Part shown: piece after piece, positions 1-14,535 of the stretch
How the letters are laid out: the number at the start of each line of letters is the position of its first letter
Numbering within the stretch: the first letter of the stretch is position 1
NCBI RefSeq assembly: GCF_009914755.1
Contig: NC_060936.1
From: the human T2T-CHM13v2.0 reference genome, Homo sapiens
Reading direction: 5' to 3' (one strand)
DNA: 64,000 nucleotides
Made by a program: the position numbers and the translations under genes
The notes under the pieces: generated by a model
Told to the model about the DNA's origin: nothing
The model's database searches: none
The model's input: the letters and a program-made list of their open reading frames with translations, nothing else

Positions 1-1446
1 GGAGAAACTGTAAGTGATTTTTACAAGTTTTATGCTTATGTTTGTATCATCAAAAGTTTCTACAATGAACATGTATTACTATTGGAATAAAAAAAATCCC
101 CTTCCTCTCCTCTTCTACCAAAAAGAAAAATTCTGATAGGACAACATCTAAAACTTTGGTTTATTTGATCTTTTGTGGCAGAAATTTGAAAAATGTGATC
201 CTGTCATTCAAATGACTACCAAGATGATCTCTGAGAAATTAGGCTATTCGGAAGAGCATCAAATCCAGGCTCTTAAAAGTGGAAATCGGAGGACATAGTT
301 CCAGGGATAGCAGGGGCTTTCATAACCCCTTCCGCCTGGGCAGAGGTGAACTTTGTGGTAGTGTTGCTATTATTTGACAGTAAGTAAGCAAGCATGGTTA
401 GGAGATTTTTATTTTAGTGACTTAGTCATCACCAAGTTCTTGATCAAAAAAACAGAAACTAAATCAGCTGGCTCAGAGTTTTTGAAAGCAAGTTTATTTT
501 TAAGGACACCAGAACCATGAAAACATGATTCAGTCCAGCCTGTGGGAGCTGCAGATGGGAACTGGTGAGCTGTTGGGTTGGGGTCCACGCTTCATAAGTC
601 CTGGCAGATTCATGGCCTCTTTCCTTTGCTCTTTTCTTAATATCTGCCCCATTCTCATCTCAGCAGACCAGATCCCTTCACTTATTCAAAATTTCTGCTC
701 TCTTGTGATTTTGCCCTGCACGTGGCTTTTACTAGGCCATAAAACTGCCCCCAGGCATGATGCTACATGACAGATAGGCTTCTGGCAGCTAGCACAAACT
801 TTCAGAGAGCCAGTTCCACATTGAAAAGAAAAGATGTTGATTGTCTCAGCGTGGGTGAGGTGTACATCCCTGTGTAGATCTGCCATGGCAGAGAGACTAG
901 GATACATTTTATCAATGACCACTTTGGCTCAGCCCTTCAACAAAGGTTTACTGGGGCTAAGTTCCAGAGAAGGGGACTTTGTGCCAAGTATCCAAAATAT
1001 ATTTATTACCTTTGAATAAGCATCTTTGGATGAATCTGCACTCCTCCTCCCTGTGCACAGTCTCATTCCTACAGCAGCCTGCCCCTTCCTGGCTGAAACA
1101 GAAAGCAGCTAACTCATACTAAAGTACTTATGAACAACCAAGTGACTTTAGAGCAAATAATTCATCTTCTCAGGGATTGACTACATTTAATTTTCTCTAA
1201 AAAGACAGAATTTTGATTGTTATTTAGTACTACCTTCTAGTATAGAAAATGTTTTCTACTATAACTTTGTAACCGCCAAAACCAAAGGTTGAAGATCACC
1301 TCTCCAGGGCTATTTGCATTTTTAAAGCGAATTCTAAATAATAATGATAGTTAACATTAATTCAGTGTTTATTATATGTCAGACACTCTTCTAAGAACTT
1401 AACACATAATAATTTCTTTAATTCTTACAACAACCCAAGCAACAGA

Positions 1447-1835
1447 GTGTGTTAATTAGGATAATATAAACTGTGGTAACAAATAAATACTGAAAATATA
1501 TACCTTAAACAAAATCAAAGTTTACTTCTTGCTTACATCACAGGCCAGGATGGGTGTTCCTCCATCTGGGTCCGTGGGTGGCTTTCCTCCATTTGGAGAT
1601 TCAGGAATCGAAGTTTTTTTTGTTTTTCCTGTGACTCTGCCATCTCCTAAACCTCACTTTCACCTGATGTCAGCCAGGGAAGGAAAACGAAAGTGTGGAG
1701 AAGTTACCCACATCTTAAAGAGCCTGGCCTAGAAGTAACACACTTCAAGTCCACTCTGTTAGTGAGAACTAGTCTCCGGGCACCAGCTGGATGCAAGGGA
1801 GTGAGAAATGTACTCTCTGATGGGCAGCCAGTTCT
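1447..1835. mobile_element. Old MLT1-type MaLR LTR
   Basis: TTAGGATAATATAAACTGTGGTAACAAATAA...AAAGTTTACTTCTTGCTTACA pattern. Confidence 0.5.
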
Positions 1836-2447
1836 CAGAAAAATTAGTTTTTTATCAATCTGGATTTGCACATTCTTTTCACATTTTAACATCTCTTCAA
1901 TAGGAATGTATTGTTCAATCAATGGCAAGTTTATTATTCAAGGTAAACTCAGATTTGGTTGGCAGCATTTTTCCTTTTTGGTAGTACATACACAGCGTGT
2001 GCTTTACAATCAATGGAATCTTAGGCTAGATGAAATTTGGTTTATAATACGGAAGAGGGAGGAGAAATTTTGCCTCTTCCTCATTTAGCTGTTCTTTTCA
2101 CCAAGTATCTGTATATACACCCTTCTTTCCTCATTCTAAGGACACTGCAAGATGGAGAACATGCTAAATTCTTATCCAGTTCATGCATACAGCTCAAAGA
2201 CCAGCATCTCTGGGTGATATGAAGTCTTCTCATCTAAAGCTCTTTTCACTTTGGTGATACACAAACATATAAAAAAAATTCCCTGCCCCTCTAATATGTA
2301 ATGATAAGACAGGGACAAGATAACCACAATAGAAGCTCCTATTAAGAAAGGGAAGAATTGTGGATACATAGCAGTCATTGGTCCATTGTAGAAATGGATA
2401 CTGTCTTTTAGGTTATCATAAATATGGTTTTTAAAATGTTTTGCCAA

Positions 2448-2834
<387 letters not shown>

Positions 2835-2884
2835 TTAGGTATTTATTATAGCAGTACTTTTTTCAAGGTATCAATTTTTTTATT

Positions 2885-3312
2885 AATTAGGGTAATGTTA
2901 GAGGCAGTAGATAATAGACCCCAAAATTTATGGCTCAAACTTAATAGATGTTTATTTCTCATTATTTTAACCACCCAAAGCATATGTCCCATTGGTGGTC
3001 ATCTTTCCTCCATAGTGTGATTCAAGTATCTAGTCTTCTTCCATCTTGTGGCTCAGTCTTCCCCTAGAGCAACATCTGCAAATGAATCTAGCTGGTGGAA
3101 GGAGAAAGATAATGGAGAAAATATACCTTCTTCTTAAATCTTGACCTGAACATGCCACACCTCACTTCTGCTCATATTCCACAGATTAGAAGGAAGGAAG
3201 GAAGGCCACATCAGGTCCATGAGGAGACAAACTCCTTGTCTGAGCAGTTTCCAGTGACAAGTCCATTCTCTAAAGGGGAAGCACAAATTCTGGCAGACAG
3301 CTAGCTGTTTCT
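2885..3312. mobile_element. Old MLT1-type MaLR LTR
   Basis: TTAGGGTAATGTTAG...TTTATTTCTC, CTTCCATCTTGTGGCTC, CACTTCTGCTCATATTCC motifs. Confidence 0.5.
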
Positions 3313-3759
3313 GATTTAAAAGGATAAGGATTGAATCTTGAATTACAGAAATTTAGTGGTGGGGGAAAATTTTTTTTAATAGCATTAAGTAGTTCCTCAT
3401 AGGGTACCTCAGATCATAACATATCAGTAACCACCAACTCTGTCTCCTAAGTCTGTGCCTGTGTATTATTTTGAAATATTAGATTAAATATATATGACAA
3501 AAAATAGAACAAAAAACAAGAATAGGTGACAATGTTTTAAAAGTAGCCAGCATTGGTAGTAGTAATCATATAGTAGAAGTAGCTGGCATTATTTTTAGTG
3601 ATTTCTATATACCAGGCACTGTATTGAGTACGTTTTAAGCATGATTTTATTTAAACCTTATTAGCATCCCCATGAGATGAGGAAATTTAGAGGTAAAATA
3701 ACCTGCTGGGTTAAATAACGTCTAAAAATATCTCATTTCAGGGCCTGGTTCCTAACCAT

Positions 3760-4265
3760 TGTAGAGGAGGAAAATAGTTTTTCTTCTACCTTCTTAGGTT
3801 TTCTAACTGGGGCCCTGGAAGTTAAACCAACAAAAGGTGGACTAACAAGAGAAAAACAGTTTCATACATACCTATGCATGGTACGTTCACAGATAAATGA
3901 GACTCAAGGAGGCAGCCAGATGATTGAGGCTTATGTATCATCACAGGCTAAGCAAAGGAAAAAAGGATTTGGGGCTTTGGGGTGAGGGAGGCAAGTATTA
4001 GGAAGGTGAGGGGAGGAAATAATTAGAGTTGTGTTGTTAAGCAGGTAAGAGTCTCTCAAGTGCTGAGTGCTGTCTCCAAGAGCAGCCCTCTCCCTTTTCA
4101 AATGAAAATTTCCTTTACAAAAGGGGAAATGTATACTCTACTTTCAGGCAGTCACAGGGAGACAGGAGCTTTTCCTGCATCGGATAGTTTTCAATTGGCT
4201 TTAACTCAAAATAATCTATATGACAAAGAGGCATATTTTGAGGTGGCATATTCATATACCCTGCA
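3760..4265 (-). mobile_element. Solo MER34-family LTR
   Basis: Minus strand reads TGCAGGG...GAATATGCCACCTCAAAATATGCC...TACA; near-TSD CCAT/TCAT; inserted in a MIR. Confidence 0.72.
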
Positions 4266-4457
4266 TCATACCCCAATCATTTCTTCAACTTAATATTCAG
4301 CAATCCCTGGGATTTCTTGAAGAAAATACTTGAGAAGTACTGAACTAGGAGTTAACGATGATAGTGTAGGTGAATAGTTGGCAACACTTTAGTCATAAAC
4401 AGAAATTCAAATGAATTACCTGAAACTGCACATTAGTCCTTGGTTAAGAGATTATAA

Positions 4458-4856
<399 letters not shown>

Positions 4857-5015
4857 TTATAGTTTGAGAGATGTCTCCCAATTCTATAAATGTGTGAATC
4901 CCTAATTTTATCAGTAATACTTCCTGCTACCTCAGAGAAATGCTAACTTGTTGGGAGAGTTTTTCTCTCCTTAATATTATTGATCCTTGACTTTCAAACC
5001 TTATGCTCTTTCTAA

Positions 5016-5307
5016 TTTTTTTTTTTTTTTTTTTTTTTTAACAGGATCTCACTCTGTCACCCAGGCTGGAGGGCAGTGATGTAAACATAGCTCAAACTCC
5101 TGGACTTAAGTGGTCCTCCTGCCTCAGCATCCCGAGTAGCTGGGACTACAGGTATACACCACTACACCTGGCTAATTTTTAAATTTTTGTAGAGACAGGG
5201 TCTTGCTTTGTTGCCCAGGCTGGTCTCAAACTCCTGGGCTCAAGCAATCCTCCCACTTTGGCCTCCCAAAGTGCTGGGATTACAGGCATGAGCCACTGCA
5301 CCTGGCC
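5016..5307 (-). mobile_element. AluJ
   Basis: Antisense dimer, TSD CTCTTTCTAAT. Confidence 0.94.
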
Positions 5308-5492
5308 TCTCTTTCTAATCTTCAGGGTCATTTAGAAACTTATAGTCAATTCCACTGAAACACTGAAAGGTAAAGATTCTCAAGGTCCATGTATAGGGAG
5401 GAAATGATGGGCCCTATTCATGAGTGACCAAGGGTGATAAAAGAGAGAACATAAGCCGGTCAGTTTAACTAGAAAAAATTTGACAGCTCTTA

Positions 5493-5826
<334 letters not shown>

Positions 5827-5955
5827 TCAAGTCCCCAGATGGAGAGGAACTCAGACAGCAGGGTCCAGGCCCAAGGAAGACTACATTGTAGGAAATGACC
5901 AAAGGAACTCCTTTGGGGGAAATTTCTAAGGAAGGTGTCACTAAATGGGATATGA

Positions 5956-6406
<451 letters not shown>

Positions 6407-7679
6407 TAGACTAGTTTATAAATTAACATTATACAAAATATATGAAAGGACTACAAATGTGCATCCAGACAAAGGAACAGAGGAGTGTGTGTCACTCTGC
6501 AAGGAGGCTGCTTATTCCAGGACCTGCCTGCACCCCAGAGTCAGCCATCCAAGGAGATCACACACACTCTGCAGACACTGGTGATAAGGGTCTGGGAGCA
6601 ACACACTAGGTTACTTTATGTCAGAGGCAAAGGGAAAAGAAATTGCACTTTCTTCTCATAACAAACTCCAGAGTGCTCACTTGGGAGACTGACAGCCCAA
6701 CAAATACAAGTGACAAGGAAGCAATTTCAGGAATGTAATAAGGGAGAACTAGCTAGGTTTAAAATGTATTGCTAAAGAGTTATGCAATTTTTGACTTGTA
6801 AGAAACTTAAAGACCCCATCTCATCTAAAGGTCACAAACAGCAGCCTTGGAGCCAAATCTGGCCCACAGATGTGATGTGTTTTGTTTGGTGCATAGTTTG
6901 AATTAGTTGTCAGCATTTAAAAAAGAACAGTTCACATTTTTTAAAAGTCCAGATTCCTGATTACTGCTGGGAAACCAGAAAATCTGTGGATCCTACATTG
7001 CCAGCATTTCCCGGTGGCAGTACGAAAAGCCGAGCAGTGATCGTGCCCTTTGGACGTTGCTCGAGTCTGCAGTTTCCCACAGTCCCTGGCTGGCCTCCTT
7101 TAATTCATTTACATAATCTGTCTGGACTCTATTGGCAGCTTTTGAGTTTAAAGCCCTTGCTAAGCCAACCTGTTCATTTTTATAGATAAGAAAGCGAGGC
7201 CCTGAGAAGCCAAGTGACTCACCCAACCATACGCCTATGTTGGTGTCGTTTCCATACATTCCTTTTTCCATCCCATGCTTTCTCACTTACACGGTGAGGT
7301 TTATTTAGCAAAATTTTGAAAAGAGATTTGGAAAGCAAACATAAATGGTGAGGTTAAAGTCTGAAGAAACTATGTTGAAAGCCGGAAAACACAAAGGTGA
7401 TGTTAAAAAGAGGATAATTTAGAGGCTCGCTAACTGGAACTCAAGAGACTTCCAATAGGAAATTGTTAATGAGAGGAAGTGGAAGGAAGAGAGAGGTTAC
7501 AGGCATAATAAGAACAAATGAGAGAAGCGTGAGCTAAGGTAAGATGATGAGAGAGAGTAAAACAGGCACTGTTTTACTTGATCTGCTCCCATACAGAACA
7601 AAAGCAGCAGTTGACAGAAAGGAAACTGACAAAATAAATTTCAAAATAAAAACTGATCAGAAAAAAATTAGCAATTATA

Positions 7680-8041
<362 letters not shown>

Positions 8042-8214
8042 TCAAGATTGCCTGAGATGTTATTAACAACAACAACAACAAAAAATGTAAACAAAAAACA
8101 ATTTCAAAGGAGAGCCTCACCAAAAAAAGAGAATAATAATTTTAAAAATGGGGATAAAAAATAATTATCTCAAAAAAATCTCCACAAGAAAAAAAATAAA
8201 ATTCTTCCTGAAAC

Positions 8215-8747
8215 TGAAGCATACTAGAATATGCAACCCCAAAATATGTCACTTTGGCACACAGGTTATTTGGAGCTAAAGGCACTAGAGAACCAGCAGA
8301 CCAAGTAAAAGCTCTTTACTTCCCCCTAATCACCTAACATGAACTATAACGTCCCCCTTTTGTACAGAAAATTTACATTTATAAAGGAAATTTCCATTTG
8401 TAAGGGAAGAGAGCTGCTCCTGGAGACAGTAGTTATCACCCGAGAGACTCTTATCTGCATAACAATACAACCGTTATTTACTATACATTTCTTCCCCTCA
8501 CCTTCCTAGAACTTTCCTCCTCCCTTCAGCAGCCCAAAACCCCTTTTCCTCTGCTCAGCCTAAGATGGTACAGAAGCTTAAATCATCTGGCTGCCACTTT
8601 GAGTCTTAGTTCTTTGTGGAAACTTCCCTGCATAGGTATGTAATTTAGCCGTCCTTCTCTTGTTAGTTTGTCTTTTGTCAGTTTAATCTCCAAGGCCCCA
8701 GTCAGCGAACCTAGGAAAGAAGAGGGAAGTAGTCCTCCTCACCAAGA
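8215..8747 (+). mobile_element. MER34-family LTR (5' LTR)
   Basis: TGAAG...AGAATATGCAACCCCAAAATATGTCACTTTGGCA start typical of MER34-type LTRs, followed by the PBS. Confidence 0.78.
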
Positions 8748-9005
8748 GTTTTGGCAACCATTAAGGGACAGCAAGGACATCTCACTTGCTCAGGAGGCTA
8801 AAGTTGAGATCCAGGATCTCTGACAAAGTCGGCAAAAGGCAAAAGTTCTTACTAAAGTCACCCTCCTGTATTTCTGTCTGTAGAGTCTGACTGAAGGAGG
8901 ATAGTAGAAGTCTCTTTGTCTTTTCCTTTCCAAATTTGCATTAGCAAGAGAAAAATATTTGTAAAATTTAGTTCTTTGGATGGTGACTCTTGTAAATTTG
9001 GTTTT

Positions 9006-9436
9006 TTTCATGTGCGTCCATGTGAAGAGACCACCAAACAGGCTTTGTGTGAGCAACATGGCTGTTTATTTCATCTGGGTGCAGGCGGGCTGCGTCCGAA
9101 AAGAGAGTCAGCAAAGGTGGTGGATTATCATTAGTTCTTATAGGTTTTGGGATAGGCGGTGAAGTTAAGAGCAATGTTTTGCGGGCAGAGGGTGGATCTC
9201 ACAAAGTACATTCTCAAGGGTATGGAGAATTACAAAGTACCTTCTTAAGGGTCGGGGAGATTACAAAGTACATTGATCAGTTAGGGTGGGGAAGAAACAA
9301 ATCACAATGGTGGAATGTCATCAGTTAAGGCTATTTTTACTTCTTTTGTGGATCTTCAGTTACTTCAGGCCATCTGGATGTATACATGCAAGTGACAGGG
9401 GATGCGATGGCTTGGCTTGGGCTCAGAGGCCTGACA
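9006..9436 (-). mobile_element. HERV-H 3' LTR (LTR7B-like)
   Basis: About 97% identical to the 5' LTR apart from indels; AATAAA on the minus strand at 9065-9070. Confidence 0.93.
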
Positions 9437-11199
9437 TTCCTGCTTTCTTATATTAATAAGAAAAATAAAATACTGTTGAAGTCTTGGGGTGGCGAAAATT
9501 TTTGGGGGGTGGTATGGAGAGATAATGGGCGATGTTTCTCAGGGCTGCTTCGAGTGGGATTGGGGTGGCGTGGGAACCTAGAGTGGGAGAGATTAAGCTG
9601 AAGGAAGATTTTGTGGTAAGGGGTGATATTGTGGGGTTGTTAGAAGAAACATTTGTCATGTAGAATTATTGGTGATGGACTGGATACGGTTTTGTATGAA
9701 TTGAAAAACTAAATGGAAAAGTCTAAGAATTGGGAGGACCTAGGACATCTGATTAGAGAGTGCCTAAGGAGATTCAGCATAGTCCTGCCAGTAAAGATTA
9801 TTTATTTACTTCAAGAGTTAAGAGTGGCAGTTTGGGGATAGCACCAGGAGATATCAGCTGTGATGGCTCGGAGAAACAGTGTAAACCGGCAGTGTAAACA
9901 AGAGCAGGGCATGTATGAGTAGTTGAGAACGGAGAATAGGAGTATGACTAGACAGAAAATAGTAGGGATGACAAGTTTTTTGGGGCACAGTCTAAGTTGG
10001 TCCAGTGTCTGGAATGAGACTGGGGCCTAACAAAAAGGAGCTCAAATGGGCTGTACCTTGTAGCATTCCGAGGACAGGCCTGAATTCTGAGAAGCAAAAG
10101 TGGTAAAAGTATTGTCCTTTTTAATTTGGTGGCTGAGCTTGGTGAGGTGTGTTTTTAAAAGACCTTTAGTCCGTTCTACTTTTCTTAAAGATGGAGGACC
10201 ATAAGGGATATAAAGGTTTCCTGAATACTAAGAGCCTGAAAAACTGCTTGGCTGATTTGACTAATAAAGGCTGGTCTGTTATCAGACTGTATAGAGGTGG
10301 GAAGGCTAAACTGAGGAATTATGTCTGACAGAAGGGAAGAAATGACTGCGGTGGCCTTCTCCGACCCTGTAGGAAAGGCCTCTACTTATCTAGTGAAAGT
10401 GTCTACTTAGACTAAGAGGCATTTTAGTTATCTGACTTGGGGCATGTTGAGTAAAGCTAATTTGCCAGTCCTGGGTGGGGGCAAATCTTCAAGCTTGATG
10501 TGTAGGGAAGGGAGGGGGCCTGAATAATCCCTGAGGAGTAGTAGAATAGCAGATGGAACACTGAGAAGTTATTTCCTTGAGGATAGATTTCCACAATGGA
10601 AAGGAAATGAGAGGTTCTAAGAGGCGGGCTAGTGGCTTGTACTATAGCATAGCCTGCCTTTGCTGGTGTGTGGCGATTAGGCCTGGTGGAACTGCCATCA
10701 ATAAATCAAGCGTGATCAGGGTGAGGAACAGGAAAGAAGGAAATATGGGGAAATGCGGTGAATGTCAGGTGGATCAGAGAGATACAGTCATGGGGGTCAG
10801 GTGTGGTATCAGGAATAATGTGGGAGGCCAGATTGAAGTCCGGGCCAGGAAGAATGGTAATTGTGGGACTTAACAAAGAGTGAGTACAGCTGAAGGAGCC
10901 AGGGAGCAGAAAGTATATGCATCAGGTATGAGGAAGAAAATAGATTTTGGAAGTTACGAGAAATGTGGAGAGTAAGTTGAGCATCGTTTGTGATTTTGAG
11001 GGCCTCTAAAAGTATTAGGGCGGCAGCAGCCACTGCACGGAGACATGACGGCTAGGCTAAAACAGTAAGGTCAAGTTGTTTGGACAGAAAGGCTACAGGG
11101 TGCGGTCCTGGCTCTTGTGTAAGAATTCTGACCGCACTAACTATGCCTAGGAAGGAAAGGAGTTGTTGTTTTGTAAGGGATTGAGGTTTGGGAGATTAA

Positions 11200-12135
11200 T
11201 CGAACATGATCAGCTGGGAGAGCACGTGTGTTTTTATGAGCATTATGCTGAGATAGGTAACAGATGAGGAAGAAATTTGGGCTTGACTGAAGTAATGGGG
11301 GCTGTCTGTGAAGCCTTGCGGCAGTACAGCCCAGGTAATTTGCTGAGCCTAATGGGTGTCAGGGTCAGTCCAGGTGACATCGAAGAGAGGCTAGGATGAA
11401 GGGTGCAAAGGAATAGTAAAGAAAGCATGTTTGAGATCCAGAACAGAATAAGGGATTGTGGAGGGAGGTATTGAGGATAGGAGAGTATATGGGTTTGGCA
11501 CCATGGGGTGGATAGGCAAAACAATTTGGTTGATAAGATGCAGATCCTGAACTAACTTGTAAGGCTTGTCTGGTTTTAGGACAGGTAAAATGGGGGAATT
11601 GTAAGAAGAGTTTATAGGATTTAAAAGGCCACGCTGTAGCAGGCGAGTGACAACAGGCTTTAATCCTTTTAAAGCGTGCTGTGGGACGGGATCTTGGCAT
11701 TGAGCGGAGTAAGGGTGATTAGGTTTTAATGAGATGGTAAGGGGTGTGTGATTGGTCGCCAAGGAGGGAGTAGAGGTATCTTATACTTGTGGGTTAAGGT
11801 GGGGAGATACAAGGGGAGGACGCAAAGGAGGCTTTGGATTGGGAAGAAGGGCGACAATGAGATGTAGCTGTAATCCAGGAATAGTCAGGGAAGCAGATAA
11901 TTTAGTTAAAGTGTCTCGGCCTAATAAGGGAACTGGGCAGGTGGGGATAACTAAAAGGAGTGCTTAAAAGAGTATTGTCTAAGTTGGCACCAGAGTTGGG
12001 GAGTTTTAGTTTAGAAGCCTGGCTGTCAATACGCACAACACTTATGGAGGCAAGGGCAACAGGCCCTTGAAAAGAAGGTAATGTGGAGTGGGTAGCCTCC
12101 GTATTGATTAAGAAGGGGACGGACTTACCCTCCAC
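11200..12135 (-). pseudogene. HERV-H pro/pol (protease and RT N-terminus) remnant, inactive
   Basis: Protease motif decayed to FLINTEATHS; RT motifs YNSPILPV, LVQDL, DLKHAFF and LPQGFTDSP are present; the YxDD region is deleted; stops and frameshifts. Confidence 0.88.
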
Positions 12136-12215
12136 TGTGAGAGTTACCTAAGGCTCGGCGTCCGTGATGGTCTACGGGGCTTCCAAGGCTATCAGGCAGC
12201 GTCAGTCTTCAGCCG

Positions 12216-12521
12216 CTAAGCCGAGAAGGAGTCAGTCAGAGAGCCTTCGGCCAGAGTTCCAGGGGCTCTGGGAGTGGCTGCCAGGTGAGTTGAACAGTCT
12301 GATTTCCAGTGGGGTCCCGCACAGATGGGACATGGCTTAGGAGGAATCCTGGGCTGCAGGCATTCCTTGGCCTGGTGGTCAGATTTCTGGCACTTGTAGC
12401 AAGCTCCTGGGGGAGGAGGTTCTGGTGGAATGCCGGGCTGCTGCGGTTCAGGCGTTTGGAAGTTCTTATGTGCTGGAGATGTGGCTGGGGTTTGTCTCAC
12501 AGTGGAGGCAAGGAATTGCAA
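12216..12521 (-). pseudogene. HERV-H gag nucleocapsid remnant
   Basis: Two zinc knuckles, CYKCQKSDHQAKEC and CPICAGPHWKSDC. Confidence 0.88.
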
Positions 12522-14057
12522 CTTTTTTCTATTATTTTACACCTTGAAGGCGAGGTTAATTAAATCCTGTTGTGGGGTTTGAGGGCCGGAATTTAATTTT
12601 TGGAGTTTTATTTAATGTCGGGAGCAGATTGGGTAATAAAATGTATTTTGAGAATAAGACGGCCTTTTGACCTTTTAGGGTCTAGGGCTGTAAAGTGTCT
12701 CAGGGTTGCTGCCGAACGAGCCATGAACTGGGCTGGATTTTTATATTTGATTAAAAAGAGCCTAAACGCTATCTGATTTGGGATAAAGAAAAAGGCGCAT
12801 TAACCTTGACTATGCCTTTAGCTCCAGCCACCTTTTTAAGAGTAAATTGCTGGGCAGGAGGGGGAGGGCTAGTCATGGAACGAAACTGTAAGCCGGACCG
12901 GGTGTGAGGAGGGGAGGTGATAAAAGGATTATAGGGTGGAGGAGCAGAGGCTGAGCAAGAATTGGGACCTAGCTCAGCCTGGTGAGGAGCAGCCTGGGGA
13001 GAAGGGAAGAGGTCAGATGGGTCTGTAGAAAAGGAAAATTAGAAAGACTCAGCGACGCTTGGGGTTGGGACTGAGGGGACAGGTGGGAGGGAAAGAAGGA
13101 AGATTTGTGATGAGTTGCATTGGGAACAGAGACTGGAAAGGGACCGATGTGTAAAAGAGTGCCTGGACGTCAGGCATCTCAGACCATTTGCCTATTTTAC
13201 GACAAGAATTATTTAGATCTTGCAGGATGGAAAAATTGAAAGTGTCGTTTTCTGGCTATTTGGAACTACTGTCGACTTTGTATTGGGGTCAAGCGGCATT
13301 GCAGAAGAAAATAAGACACTTAGATTTTAGGTCAGGTGAGAGTTGAAGAGGTTTTAAGTTCTTAAGAACACAGGCTAAGGGAGAATAAGGAGAAATTGAG
13401 GGTGGAAGGTTGCCCATAGTGAAGCCCAGAGAAAAGAGAGAGTAGAGACATGGAGGGAAGGGGTTCGGGGGTTCTTACCCTCCAGAAAAGCGGGAAAGGG
13501 GTCAGGGCACAGAGATACGAGGTCGGGGTGCGGACATAAGGGATTGGGGCGCAGAGATATGAGGTTGGGGTGCGGAAATAAGGGATCGGGGCACAGAGAT
13601 ATAAGGGGTTGGGGTACTTGCCCCTTCCCCAGAAAAGCGGGACTTGCCGCTAAGGGTGAAGGACCAAGGCAGGCGTCCCTGCGTGGTCTGACACCTGAAT
13701 AATCAGAAAGGCATCCCAGCAATGATTAAACACCAAGGGAAGGCTGCCTTCCCTATTCCGTGACTGGTGCCGGAGTTTTGGGTCCACGGATAAAACGTGT
13801 CTCCTTTGTCTCTACCAGAAAACAAAAGGAATTGAAATTAAGAGAAGGGAGAGATTGAAGAGTGGAAAGGAGAAAGTGGTTGAGGGTTTAGTGAGAGAGG
13901 TTGGAGAAGAGAGTAAGAAGAGGCCGCTTACCCGATTTAAAATTGGTGAGATGTTCCTTGGGCTGGTCGGTCTGAGGACCTGAGGTCATAGGTGGATCTT
14001 TCTCATGGAGCAAAGAACAGGAGGACAGGGGATTGATCTCCCAAGGGAGGTCCCCCG

Positions 14058-14075
14058 ATCTGAGTTACGGCACCA
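14058..14075 (-). promoter_or_regulatory. tRNA-His primer binding site of HERV-H
   Basis: TGGTGCCGTAACTCAGAT versus canonical TGGTGCCGTGACTCGGAT, 2 nt from the 5' LTR. Confidence 0.9.
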
Positions 14076-14077
14076 AA

Positions 14078-14535
14078 TTTCATGTGCGTCCGTGTGAAGA
14101 GACCACCAAACAGGCTTTGTGTGAGCAACATGGCTGTTTATTTCACCTGGGTGCAGGCGGGCTGAGTCCCAAAAGAGTCAGCAAAGTGTGGTGGATTATC
14201 ATTAGTTCTTATAGGTTTTGGGATAGGCGGTGAAGTTAAGAGCAGTGTTTTGCGGGCAGAGGGTGGATCTCACAAAGTACATTCTCAAGGGTGGGGAGAA
14301 TTACAAAGTACCTTCTTAAGGGTCAGGGAGATTACAAAGTACCTTCTTAAGGGTGGGGGAGATTACAAAGTACATTGATCAGTTAGAGTGGGGAAGAAAC
14401 AAATCACAATGGTGGAATGTCATCATTTAAGGCTATTTGTACTTTTGTGGATCTTCAGTTACTTCAGGCCATCTGGATGTATACATGCAAGTGACAGGGG
14501 ATGCGATGGCTTGGCTTGGGCTCAGAGGCCTGACA
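14078..14535 (-). mobile_element. HERV-H 5' LTR (LTR7 family, type II / LTR7B-like)
   Basis: Minus strand reads TGTCAGGCCTCTGAGCCCAAG...CATGAAA, with type II U3 repeats, TATAA (14209-14213) and the adjacent PBS. Confidence 0.93.

Larger units (their letters stand above)
9006..14535 (-). mobile_element. HERV-H provirus, two LTRs, internally deleted (~5.5 kb)
   Basis: LTRs at 9006-9436 and 14078-14535; 5-bp TSD GTTTT (9001-9005, 14536-14540); tRNA-His PBS; polypurine tract next to 9436; gag, pro and RT remnants. Confidence 0.97.

Noticed and set aside
3190-3205. GGAA repeat as an ETV6/EWS-FLI1-type microsatellite enhancer
   Set aside because: Only three consecutive GGAA units, too short.
9437-14057. 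Functional HERV-H Gag/Pol/Env proteins
   Set aside because: Protease catalytic Asp lost, RT YxDD region deleted, env largely absent, multiple stops and frameshifts.
13495-14375. CRISPR-like repeat arrays
   Set aside because: Tandem retroviral repeats without unique spacers, in primate DNA with no cas genes.
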